From positions 64,001 to 128,000 of IMG/VR virus record IMGVR_UViG_3300026488_000011: DNA of 64,000 bases. One strand, written 5' to 3'. This stretch comes from a virus. The notes under the pieces are model-generated. The model made no database searches and was not told the origin of the DNA. It was given only the letters and a program-made list of their open reading frames with translations. Made by a program: the position numbers and the translations under genes. Below are positions 29,903 through 37,749 of this stretch, in pieces. Each line of letters starts with the position of its first letter. Position 1 is the first letter of the stretch.

Positions 29903-30291
29903 TTTTCCTCCTTGATAGCTTTATATCCTGTTATTATGTGTTCTTTAACCATTTCTTCAAGTGCTTCTTCTACTAGGTCTCGTATTTTGTCTATATCTTC
30001 AGTGTTTCTAAATTTTTCTATCCAAATGATTATGTCATTATTCTCTTCACAATAGATACCTAGTACTCCTTTCCAAGTATCTTTCTGTCCGAATAGATGA
30101 CATCCTAGATTTTTAGCATTAGAACTTACAGGTTGAAAATATTTTTTGTTCCATTCTAGTTTTCCATCTTCACCTTTTCTCTGTTTACAGAAATTTCTCA
30201 AATCTAATCTGAAGCTACATGGACTAGCTTTTACTCCATTGTCCAGTACCGCTGGTTTATAGCCGTTTACTTTGTATAGTATTGTTCTCAT
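29899..30291 (-). CDS. Early hypothetical protein
   Basis: 130 aa; SD present; GGTATTAC motif upstream. Confidence 0.6.
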   Translation of the reverse strand: MRTILYKVNGYKPAVLDNGVKASPCSFRLDLRNFCKQRKGEDGKLEWNKKYFQPVSSNAKNLGCHLFGQKDTWKGVLGIYCEENNDIIIWIEKFRNTEDIDKIRDLVEEALEEMVKEHIITGYKAIKEEK

Positions 30292-30360
30292 TATTGCTCC
30301 TTTTTTATTTGGTTGTTTTGATCAAATGAGTAATACCTAAATGAAAAATAAAGGACGCTA

Positions 30361-30597
30361 ATGAAACGTGTTATTCTTGCAGTATTTATAACGGTTACAG
30401 GTTTATTTGGTAATATAGTCAATGTGAATAATATTTATCCTAGCGATAATGTTTGTATATTATCAAAATCTAGTGTTACTGACGATAAAGTAATTTGTTT
30501 AAATGGTATAATGTACAGAAGTATTAATGCTAAAGAATTCAAGGAACTGAAGTATCTAGATAAAACACCTATGAAATGTAATTGCATAGATAGGTAG
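30361..30597 (+). CDS. Small secreted Cys-containing protein
   Basis: 78 aa; signal-peptide-like N-terminus and 4 Cys. Confidence 0.5.
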   Translation: MKRVILAVFITVTGLFGNIVNVNNIYPSDNVCILSKSSVTDDKVICLNGIMYRSINAKEFKELKYLDKTPMKCNCIDR

Positions 30598-30603
30598 CAA
30601 TTA

Positions 30604-31215
30604 CTACCTATCTATGTCTATATTTTCTACCAAGATACTGTTTCTCTTTTTCTCTTTGAAGTCTATCTTTCCGTCTAACCAAAGATTGAAATAGTGATCC
30701 ATGTCTACTAATACAGGATTATTATTCAGTAATAATTTTATAGATTTGTTATTATCTGTATCAGATCTATAGTAGTCTTCAGGTATTACCATCTCTAGTT
30801 TCTTTTCATTCATGAGTTCTATTAAAAGTCTAGAAGAGTTATCTAAACGTCCTAAGAAATCCAAATATTTCTCCATCTTATCTTTATCGACATATTTTGT
30901 AAACCATGTTATTAGTTCATTAGTTATCTCTAATAAATCTTTCAGATTTATATAGACGGTTTCTCCAGATATTATTATACTTTCCTCTGGGAACTTATTA
31001 TGTTCTAAACTAGATAGGATATCTAAGAAAGTAAGTATAACTGAAGTAAACCTATGACGCTTTTCTATCATCGAGATTTTTATCTCAACATTACCATTCG
31101 GTAAAAGATTAATATAATCTAATTCAATAGTTTTGTTTAGCTTACTGTTTAATGTATCGGACAACTTCTTTAATTCTTTTCCTTTTAGGAATAATGACAA
31201 ACCTTTATTATCCAT
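30604..31215 (-). CDS. Hypothetical protein
   Basis: 203 aa; SD AAGGAG. Confidence 0.6.
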   Translation of the reverse strand: MDNKGLSLFLKGKELKKLSDTLNSKLNKTIELDYINLLPNGNVEIKISMIEKRHRFTSVILTFLDILSSLEHNKFPEESIIISGETVYINLKDLLEITNELITWFTKYVDKDKMEKYLDFLGRLDNSSRLLIELMNEKKLEMVIPEDYYRSDTDNNKSIKLLLNNNPVLVDMDHYFNLWLDGKIDFKEKKRNSILVENIDIDR

Positions 31216-31275
31216 TAACGCTCCTTTATTATACGTTTTTTATTCAAAATAGTAGACAAAAAAATAAAAAAGAGC

Positions 31276-31536
31276 CTACGGATGTCTAGGCTCAAGATAG
31301 CAGTTATGTGAAAACCCGCCATCCCAAGCCCAAACATCCTCTTCTCCTATGTAAACAGGATTTTTGCTGGCATTTATTTCATGCCAGCCTGTGTTGGTTT
31401 CGCATACCAACACAGTTCTTCCTGTAGAAATACTGTGTTCTGGAGAGGTACTATTTAACACACCCAGAACAACTATTATAGTGCCCAGTAAAGCCAGATA
31501 TTTGTAACCTGGCTTTTCTTTTATTCTTTTAATCAT
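31276..31536 (-). CDS. Early membrane-anchored hypothetical protein
   Basis: 86 aa; N-terminal TM segment; early promoter upstream. Confidence 0.6.
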   Translation of the reverse strand: MIKRIKEKPGYKYLALLGTIIVVLGVLNSTSPEHSISTGRTVLVCETNTGWHEINASKNPVYIGEEDVWAWDGGFSHNCYLEPRHP

Positions 31537-31552
31537 TTTTACTCCTTTTGCT

Positions 31553-31571
31553 TTGTCTAGTTAATGATGTA
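31553..31571 (-). promoter_or_regulatory. Early promoter motif
   Basis: TACATCATTAACTAGACAA. Confidence 0.6.
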
Positions 31572-31623
31572 TAAATGAAACAGAATCCGCACTAGTAAAG
31601 AAAAAAAAGACATAGTTTAACGA

Positions 31624-32247
31624 CTATGTCTTTCTAACAAACTTATATCTTTTACCCTTATCTATATTTTTGGATTTGGGACAGAACAATCGATTAATAC
31701 CGCCAGTGATATTAGTAGACTCTTTTTCTTCTATTTCTACCAGCATTAAATTCCATTCCAAATCTTTTAACGTTTTCTCCAGAACAGTTTTCGTAATATC
31801 ATTCATTACGTAAACATTGTTTTCTAAACTAGTGTCTAGGGATAATACTGAGTCTAATAAATCCATATCCACTGTTCTCTTATCTATCTCTTCTATATCC
31901 TTCATAGTTAGTATATGATAGAGATTTAGAATTCTGCCTAATAGAAGATTAAGCATTATAGCTTTTTTAGCTTCAATTAGATATCCATCAGATCCTAGTG
32001 CTGTTTTTACAATAATCTCTAACATGTCTAATGCTTCGATAGGTTCTATAGTCTTGTTAAGCAGATTTTTATCATATTCAAATATAGCATAGTTTATACC
32101 GACTATCTTCTTCTCAACATCATCATTCGGCATGTCGGTTACAGTTACTAAGTCACTATACTCGTCCTTGAAAACATTTAATACAGTATCTAATACCTTT
32201 TCTAAGGCTATTCTTCTTCTTGCTCTTAGCGCTGTCTGTTCTAACAT
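31624..32247 (-). CDS. Hypothetical protein
   Basis: 207 aa in the operon downstream of the nvRNAP gene. Confidence 0.6.
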   Translation of the reverse strand: MLEQTALRARRRIALEKVLDTVLNVFKDEYSDLVTVTDMPNDDVEKKIVGINYAIFEYDKNLLNKTIEPIEALDMLEIIVKTALGSDGYLIEAKKAIMLNLLLGRILNLYHILTMKDIEEIDKRTVDMDLLDSVLSLDTSLENNVYVMNDITKTVLEKTLKDLEWNLMLVEIEEKESTNITGGINRLFCPKSKNIDKGKRYKFVRKT

Positions 32248-32261
32248 TTGACACCTTTCAT

Positions 32262-32639
32262 TTACTTAGTTTCAGAATTAGTATCTAATTTGTTTTTTAA
32301 ATAAGACTTAGATAGAAACAGTATCGTAGCGGCCTCCAGCATAGAGGCTACACTATCATACTCTTCTTTCTTCTTAGTAGACACAACGTCCTTTATGTAG
32401 GTGAGTATCTCGGATAAAAACGGACAGTTTTCTAATAACAACTCAGAACCATCCACAATGATATTCTTATTATCATCGTCTTCTAAATCTTGAAATAACG
32501 TAAACGCGTCTTCCATGGCGGCTAAAACTGATGCGATATTCCATGCTTTTTTCTCACCGTTTAGTTCCTTTTTATTTAAGATAATGCCCATGCCTCTTTC
32601 TATCATGTTTTCATACATAATTTCTGGATTCACTTTCAT
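32262..32639 (-). CDS. Hypothetical protein
   Basis: 125 aa; SD GGAGG. Confidence 0.6.
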   Translation of the reverse strand: MKVNPEIMYENMIERGMGIILNKKELNGEKKAWNIASVLAAMEDAFTLFQDLEDDDNKNIIVDGSELLLENCPFLSEILTYIKDVVSTKKKEEYDSVASMLEAATILFLSKSYLKNKLDTNSETK

Positions 32640-32655
32640 TCTTTCCTCCTTTTGT

Positions 32656-33273
32656 TTATATATTTCCTTTGTGTGGATCAGTAGGATCCTTTCCTTCTGC
32701 TATTAAATCTTCAGCTATATCCCAAGCATCTTGGATTATCATCCTTTCTGATAAAGTAAATGGATTAGGACTTTCCAAGCTACAATGTGTTATTACACCA
32801 TTTCCTTCTTCGTCAAATCTAAGGAACCCGTCAATTACATGGAGATAATCATCTCTCCATTCTGCAGGCACGTCTTTCTCCGGTAAATGAACTTCATCAT
32901 CCCAGCCTTGCAACCTGTTATTCATATACATGTTAAACAGAGCAGGATCAGCTAGTATATACTGTCGCATCATCCAACCAGAGTTATAAATGTTATCATA
33001 ATTCACAGCGTATATCCTATCGTTGAATACAGCTGCACTATGTCTAGCAATTAATTCTTTAGCTTTGTCAATAATGGTATTATTCGTCACAGTCTGGAAA
33101 GTCTGAGTCACCCTCGCTGCAAAATCTTGTCCGTATTGTTGTACCGTTTGGATAAACTGTTGATAATTTCTTTGGAAATAATCCATAGCCCTTTGATCAG
33201 GCATAGCGTTTACCAACATCTTGCTAACAGTATTTAGCATATTTACATCATCCGCTATAATTACATTAGCCAT
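32656..33273 (-). CDS. Conserved phiKZ-like hypothetical protein found downstream of the nvRNAP beta' gene
   Basis: 205 aa; MRQYILADP...L.GW and FTLSER..I.DAWD...GKDPT patterns. Confidence 0.5.
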   Translation of the reverse strand: MANVIIADDVNMLNTVSKMLVNAMPDQRAMDYFQRNYQQFIQTVQQYGQDFAARVTQTFQTVTNNTIIDKAKELIARHSAAVFNDRIYAVNYDNIYNSGWMMRQYILADPALFNMYMNNRLQGWDDEVHLPEKDVPAEWRDDYLHVIDGFLRFDEEGNGVITHCSLESPNPFTLSERMIIQDAWDIAEDLIAEGKDPTDPHKGNI

Positions 33274-33283
33274 TTTCTTCTCC

Positions 33284-34303
33284 TTATTTTTGCGAGATAA
33301 ACGCCTTATAGACGCGATTGGCTACCGTATCCAGAGATTCAAAAATATCTCTTAGGTAGTCGGGGACCAATAAATCTTTAAACGTTATCTCGTCTTCATT
33401 TTTTAACTTTGGTTTATTCAGAGTCATAGCTCTAATTAAATAATATATAGTTAAATAACTATTCAGTATGCTTTTCCCGTGTAAGTCTTTCATATAGTTA
33501 AGCACATACTTCGGCGTACCTTTATTTAACAGGAATTTATTTAGTAAAAGCATCCAGAACGCTAACATAACGTAATTATCCCTAATGACCGGATCTACCT
33601 CTGACTTCGATAATAATTCATCGTCTATCGTAGTACCCGATATTCCTGTAATTACTTTGTTTACTCTGTTCATTACTAGTTTCACAAATTCTACATCTCT
33701 GAGTACTATGTTAGAATTCATCTTGTTGTAAGTATCTGTAAAAGGTTTGATTTGCGGATGATTCGTCTTTAGCTTAAATAATCTCACTGATGAAATTTTC
33801 TTACCTTTTCTTTCTTCCAGAATTACTAATTTATATTCGTACTCAGAATCTATTTCTTCTATAAGGCTATAATCTATTCTCTGTGCCGTGTGCACAATAT
33901 AATAGAGAATAGAAAGAGGTTTTAATAGTTTTAAATCTTCTCTTGTAAAGCTCCTAATCTTTCTCAGAGTTTTATTGTATTCTAACACATTTTTAAGACT
34001 ATGTCCAGAAATTAGTTTACTTTTAAAATCTTTTACACAATCTCCTGAAGTCGGCTTAAAATTCCTGCATACTTCAGGCACTAGGTCTTCTGGTAATTTG
34101 CAATTTTCTCCATCTAAGAAAATACAATCTTTACTACATATATCAAACGTACCATTGTCCCATTCCTTTCTTATTACTACCAATTTTTCTCTATCAAACA
34201 GCACGGAAAAGCTCCCATTAGCTAATAAATCCGTTTCGTAATATATTTTAGCTAATTCTTGTGGTGTTAATAATGGTTGGCATTTACCGCATACACATTT
34301 CAT
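33284..34303 (-). CDS. Cys-rich YkgJ/CxxCxxCC-like metal-binding domain protein
   Basis: MKCVCGKC...CSKDCIFLDGENCKLPEDLVPEVCRNF. Confidence 0.55.
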   Translation of the reverse strand: MKCVCGKCQPLLTPQELAKIYYETDLLANGSFSVLFDREKLVVIRKEWDNGTFDICSKDCIFLDGENCKLPEDLVPEVCRNFKPTSGDCVKDFKSKLISGHSLKNVLEYNKTLRKIRSFTREDLKLLKPLSILYYIVHTAQRIDYSLIEEIDSEYEYKLVILEERKGKKISSVRLFKLKTNHPQIKPFTDTYNKMNSNIVLRDVEFVKLVMNRVNKVITGISGTTIDDELLSKSEVDPVIRDNYVMLAFWMLLLNKFLLNKGTPKYVLNYMKDLHGKSILNSYLTIYYLIRAMTLNKPKLKNEDEITFKDLLVPDYLRDIFESLDTVANRVYKAFISQK

Positions 34304-34609
34304 TTATTCCTCCTCTTCTATTTCTTCTAAACGTTTTGCTATACTTGTAAGTAAGTTAGTTATTGAGAGTATGTATTCAGACGCCATACGTTTATCTCTC
34401 CATGTGTTTTCATTATCTAATTGTTGCAGCATTGATGTTAACATATTTTGGACAATAGAAAATGCTTTTGCTAATTCTTCTTTGTTTAGTTTATCTAAGA
34501 CATGTTTTAGATTACCAGTAGCTTGTTCGAAATATAACCCTGAGACTATCTTAGATTTTACTTCATCAGTTATCTCGCCATTCAACTGTTTTTTATATGC
34601 TTCATTCAT
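34304..34609 (-). CDS. Hypothetical helical protein
   Basis: 101 aa; coupled to both neighbours. Confidence 0.55.
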   Translation of the reverse strand: MNEAYKKQLNGEITDEVKSKIVSGLYFEQATGNLKHVLDKLNKEELAKAFSIVQNMLTSMLQQLDNENTWRDKRMASEYILSITNLLTSIAKRLEEIEEEE

Positions 34610-35235
34610 CTCTTCTCCTTCTCTATGGTTTTTACTAATAGTTCTAACAGCCTATCTACTTTAGATTTATCACCCCAGATCGCGATCATAAATTCTCCAG
34701 TTATCATAGCGTCATTATGTCTCAACACTATTTTTTCATCATGACCTATATTGTTACTAAGAATTGTGATTGTTTTCTTATATAGGGATTCTAATTTGTC
34801 TGCTCCAGTTTGTCCATATCGATCCGCAAACTCTTTTATGTTTTCGATATAGATGAAGTAAAGACCTAGCGTCATGACTTCCTCACCGTACTTTGCCATA
34901 GTGGAATTCATGATACCTGCTTTTAGTATATGCTCGCTATCTTCATTATCTTTATCAAACAGTGCTTCCGCTGACACCATAATAGGACATTCGCTCTTTA
35001 TTGCTTCGTATTCTCTATCTGATTCCAAAATTTCATCTTCGGTCCTATCTAGGATATCGAAAACGCTATCTAGTTCTTCTAGTAAATTTGTTAATTTACC
35101 ATTTGTCACAAATGTTAAACGCTCGATATTTAGCCCTGTAATGGTGCTGTAAAACGTAGCAGACGGAGTATTATCGCCAGATAATAATAAGTTGTCTACC
35201 AACCTGTTCATATTACCAAATCTCACATATCTCAT
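34606..35235 (-). CDS. Early protein with a degenerate GGDEF-like domain
   Basis: LYFIYIENIKEFADRYGQTGADKL...LRHNDAMITGEFMIAIW; first gene after a TATATTAC promoter. Confidence 0.55.
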   Translation of the reverse strand: MRYVRFGNMNRLVDNLLLSGDNTPSATFYSTITGLNIERLTFVTNGKLTNLLEELDSVFDILDRTEDEILESDREYEAIKSECPIMVSAEALFDKDNEDSEHILKAGIMNSTMAKYGEEVMTLGLYFIYIENIKEFADRYGQTGADKLESLYKKTITILSNNIGHDEKIVLRHNDAMITGEFMIAIWGDKSKVDRLLELLVKTIEKEKR

Positions 35236-35261
35236 TTCTACCTCCTTTTATTTAGTTCTTA

Positions 35262-35280
35262 TTCTCTACTTAGTAATATA
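35262..35280 (-). promoter_or_regulatory. Early promoter with exact TATATTAC
   Basis: TATATTACTAAGTAGAGAA, an A-rich leader and SD AAGGAGG. Confidence 0.75.
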
Positions 35281-35312
35281 TAGATTTATTATTCTAGAAA
35301 CGAAGAAAAAAA

Positions 35313-35337
35313 AGGTGCAGGGAGTTACCCTGCACCT
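35313..35337 (-). terminator. Terminator after nvRNAP exon 3
   Basis: AGGTGCAGGG...CCCTGCACCT hairpin with a U-run on the minus strand; the stop codon is in the loop. Confidence 0.8.
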
Positions 35338-35546
35338 AACAGCTTTCTAGCTACTGGATCGTCTTCAGGACTACGGCTATCTTCTCTCATGTGTGTAAAG
35401 TTAGATAGCGTAGCCACTGTGGTAGACGGTATATATAAGTTTTTATTAACCTTACCGTCTATGTCTATGATGTTGTAATGTGGAGAAAACTTCTTAGCTA
35501 TCTCCGCCATCTTATTATCTAGTAATATAGTAGCATTCATTTCGTC
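35325..35546 (-). CDS. rpoC: Non-virion RNAP beta' subunit (gp55-like), exon 3
   Basis: Begins GAC GAA ATG (DEMNATILLD...) immediately after the terminal G of intron 2 (35547) and completes the DFDGD motif. Confidence 0.88.
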   Translation of the reverse strand, partial: DEMNATILLDNKMAEIAKKFSPHYNIIDIDGKVNKNLYIPSTTVATLSNFTHMREDSRSPEDDPVARKLLGAG

Positions 35547-35962
35547 CGTGATGTTCAGACAGGGTCGTTACTCCTGTCCCGCGGCATTACCCGCAGCTCT
35601 AGCTTTCACTAGAGACCAGACTATACCATCACCCTTTACCATAGGATCAATTATCCCTTAGGCAGTCGGGTGCCCTCCGTTTCGAACTCACTTGAGTCCT
35701 ACTCTACTCGGTTTTCACTATTCCGTTTCCAGAATAGCTATCCTTTCGACAGTCGTTGAACACACACCATATCCATTTGGACGTAGGTGCTTCGCTGCGG
35801 ATCGTCCTATACTAACGAGCTTTTTACTATACCATGGAGCACTCGCCTCCCCATGCCCTTATCCGGTTTCCCGGATAAGTTAGTACTCATTAGCTTCAGG
35901 ATGTCTCCGCAATTAGGAGGGTTTTTAACTAGAGTATTTCTACTCTAGGACAGCCAGTATTA
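35547..35962 (-). ncRNA. Group I intron 2 (416 nt, no ORF)
   Basis: P AATTGCGGAGAC (35903-35914), Q GATCCGCAGC (35794-35803), R GTTCAACGACTG (35750-35761), S TGGTATAGTCTG (35617-35628). The IGS GCTGTC pairs with exon GACGGT with a U.G pair at the splice site; terminal G present. Confidence 0.9.
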
Positions 35963-35971
35963 ACCGTCGAA
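35963..35971 (-). CDS. rpoC: Non-virion RNAP beta' subunit, 9-nt micro-exon 2 (Phe-Asp-Gly)
   Basis: TTC GAC GGT lies between the terminal G of intron 1 and the start of intron 2 and restores NGD-FDG-DEM in frame. Confidence 0.88.
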
Positions 35972-36383
35972 CGAGTACAATGTACTCGGACCATATCTTC
36001 ATCCCTTACCATAGGATAGATCATCCCTTAGGTAGTCGGATGCTCCCCGTTTCCCATCCAATTAGATGGTACCCTACTCGCTTTACCAGTAGTTACACTA
36101 CCAGCGGGCAGTCTTACCTTACCCTCACTATTACTATACCTTTCGGTATAGTCGCAGCTTTCGGTGGCCTCTGAACACATCCCATATCTATAAAAGACGT
36201 AGGGACTTCGCTGCGTCGATTCCGCAACACTATGACGTTTTTACCATACTCGTCGCTTCCATTACTGGGACGAGTATCATACTCGGTTTCCCGGTATGAG
36301 TGGTAGTCATAGCTTTTACACGGTTCCCGCAGTTAGGGGAGTATTTTGCTAGAGTATTACTACTCTAGGGTGACCTCGACCCG

Positions 36384-37673
36384 TTAAACTTTAACAACTC
36401 TTTTAATACCCAGAGAATCTATTATAGGTACATTTTTATCTTTTATGCAGTTAATGATGGTCTTTTGACTTACGTTAAAATGTCGAGCTGTCTCTCGTAT
36501 GCCCTTGAATTCCTTCTTTGTCCCGTCTTTAAATTCTACTAATATAGAAGTACTCCTAGAATAGTTGACTAAATTATCCATACACCACTTACCATTTTTC
36601 CATAACACCCAATCATTTATACGGTAACATTTGTCATCGTTTAGAAATTTTGCTAACTTAGCTCCGCTAATCTTTAAAAACTTTTTAGCTGGCTTTATAC
36701 CATTAAATTCTTTTACTTCACCTGTAACTAAATTTTTAACTTTCACCGGTTCTTTAGATTGTTTTTTATGTAGTTTAAATAATTCATATCTTTCATGGTC
36801 CTTTAAAACATCCAATAACATAGAATCCTTGTATAGGTAACCTTTTTCACCAGTCAATTTCCTCCACAATTTAGTCTTGTTATTATAGAACTCCAATTCG
36901 CCAGATTCTTTATTTCTAACGATTATACCCCATGGTAAATCTATTAAACTAGGATCCATAAGATACTGCCTATAACTATTGTCGTCTGCTAAATAATATA
37001 ATTCATCAGGTTCTGTCTCTGAATCAGAGGTCTTGCTAAACCAAGACGGGGTCTTCTTGTCAGATATAGTAGATTTACTTAACCCTAATATTTTACTCAC
37101 CCTGTTTAAATTACTACAAAACCAGATCCTTTTATCTAATACATTTGTTAACACATACATACCTAGCTTTAAGTTTGTTCTTGTATGTACGTTAGCAGAA
37201 TTTTGTTCCATGGTAGTCCAATGAATATTTTCTAAACGATTGTCCTTTTTATTGTTATTTTTATGGTCTACGATATAATCTGTAACAAAATCATTATTCG
37301 GCAACCATGCATATGCCATAAGGCGGTGTACTGTCGTTCTGTAGTGAGAATGTGTTTGTGTTGTGATTATGACACAATTATAACCGCTGCAATCAGATGT
37401 TTTTAATTTGGTGTTTGTTATTAAGTCATAAACATTTCCTACCTTATCTACAGCATACCTAGGCGCTATTGGGACAACAGCATATTCTTTCTTTGTTCTC
37501 ACACTGCAAAATACAACAGGCCTATCAAACATTGGTATATGTACTACTTCATACGGACCATTGCCTTGTCTTATCCTGGCAGGAACGTACTTTATGATGT
37601 TCTTTAACCACTCTAAACCTTTTGGGTATTTGTAATTCTCTGGGTATCTTATAAATTGTTTTTTGATCTTCAT
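36384..37673 (-). CDS. Intron-encoded HNH homing endonuclease (NUMOD4-HNH plus NUMOD1/IENR1-like repeats)
   Basis: YAVDKVGNV, VHRLMAYAWL, VDHKNNNKKDNRLENIHW, and three C-terminal F.SI..A...LG-type modules. Confidence 0.9.
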   Translation of the reverse strand: MKIKKQFIRYPENYKYPKGLEWLKNIIKYVPARIRQGNGPYEVVHIPMFDRPVVFCSVRTKKEYAVVPIAPRYAVDKVGNVYDLITNTKLKTSDCSGYNCVIITTQTHSHYRTTVHRLMAYAWLPNNDFVTDYIVDHKNNNKKDNRLENIHWTTMEQNSANVHTRTNLKLGMYVLTNVLDKRIWFCSNLNRVSKILGLSKSTISDKKTPSWFSKTSDSETEPDELYYLADDNSYRQYLMDPSLIDLPWGIIVRNKESGELEFYNNKTKLWRKLTGEKGYLYKDSMLLDVLKDHERYELFKLHKKQSKEPVKVKNLVTGEVKEFNGIKPAKKFLKISGAKLAKFLNDDKCYRINDWVLWKNGKWCMDNLVNYSRSTSILVEFKDGTKKEFKGIRETARHFNVSQKTIINCIKDKNVPIIDSLGIKRVVKV

Positions 37674-37676
37674 TCT

Positions 37677-37710
37677 TAACTCCTTTTTAAGTACTCAGTA
37701 TAAGGAGTTA
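37677..37710 (-). promoter_or_regulatory. Hairpin sequestering the endonuclease SD sequence
   Basis: TAACTCCTT...AAGGAGTTA stem; the SD AAGGAG is in the 3' arm just upstream of ATG 37673. Confidence 0.7.
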
Positions 37711-37749
37711 TTGTTTTAAAAAATGCTGTGTTTAACGGGTCTATAACGC

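Larger units (their letters stand above)
35972..37749 (-). ncRNA. Group I intron 1 (1778 nt) carrying a homing endonuclease in the P1 loop
   Basis: P AACTGCGGGAAC (36323-36334), Q AATCGACGCAGC (36210-36221), R GTTCAGAGGCCA (36165-36176), S AAGATATGGTCC (35988-35999). IGS GTCACC pairs with exon GGTGAT, and P10 GTCGAG pairs with TTCGAC. Confidence 0.9.

Noticed and set aside
35692-36174. ORFs 35692-35883 and 35980-36174
   Set aside because: Antisense to the structured intron cores; no coding signal.
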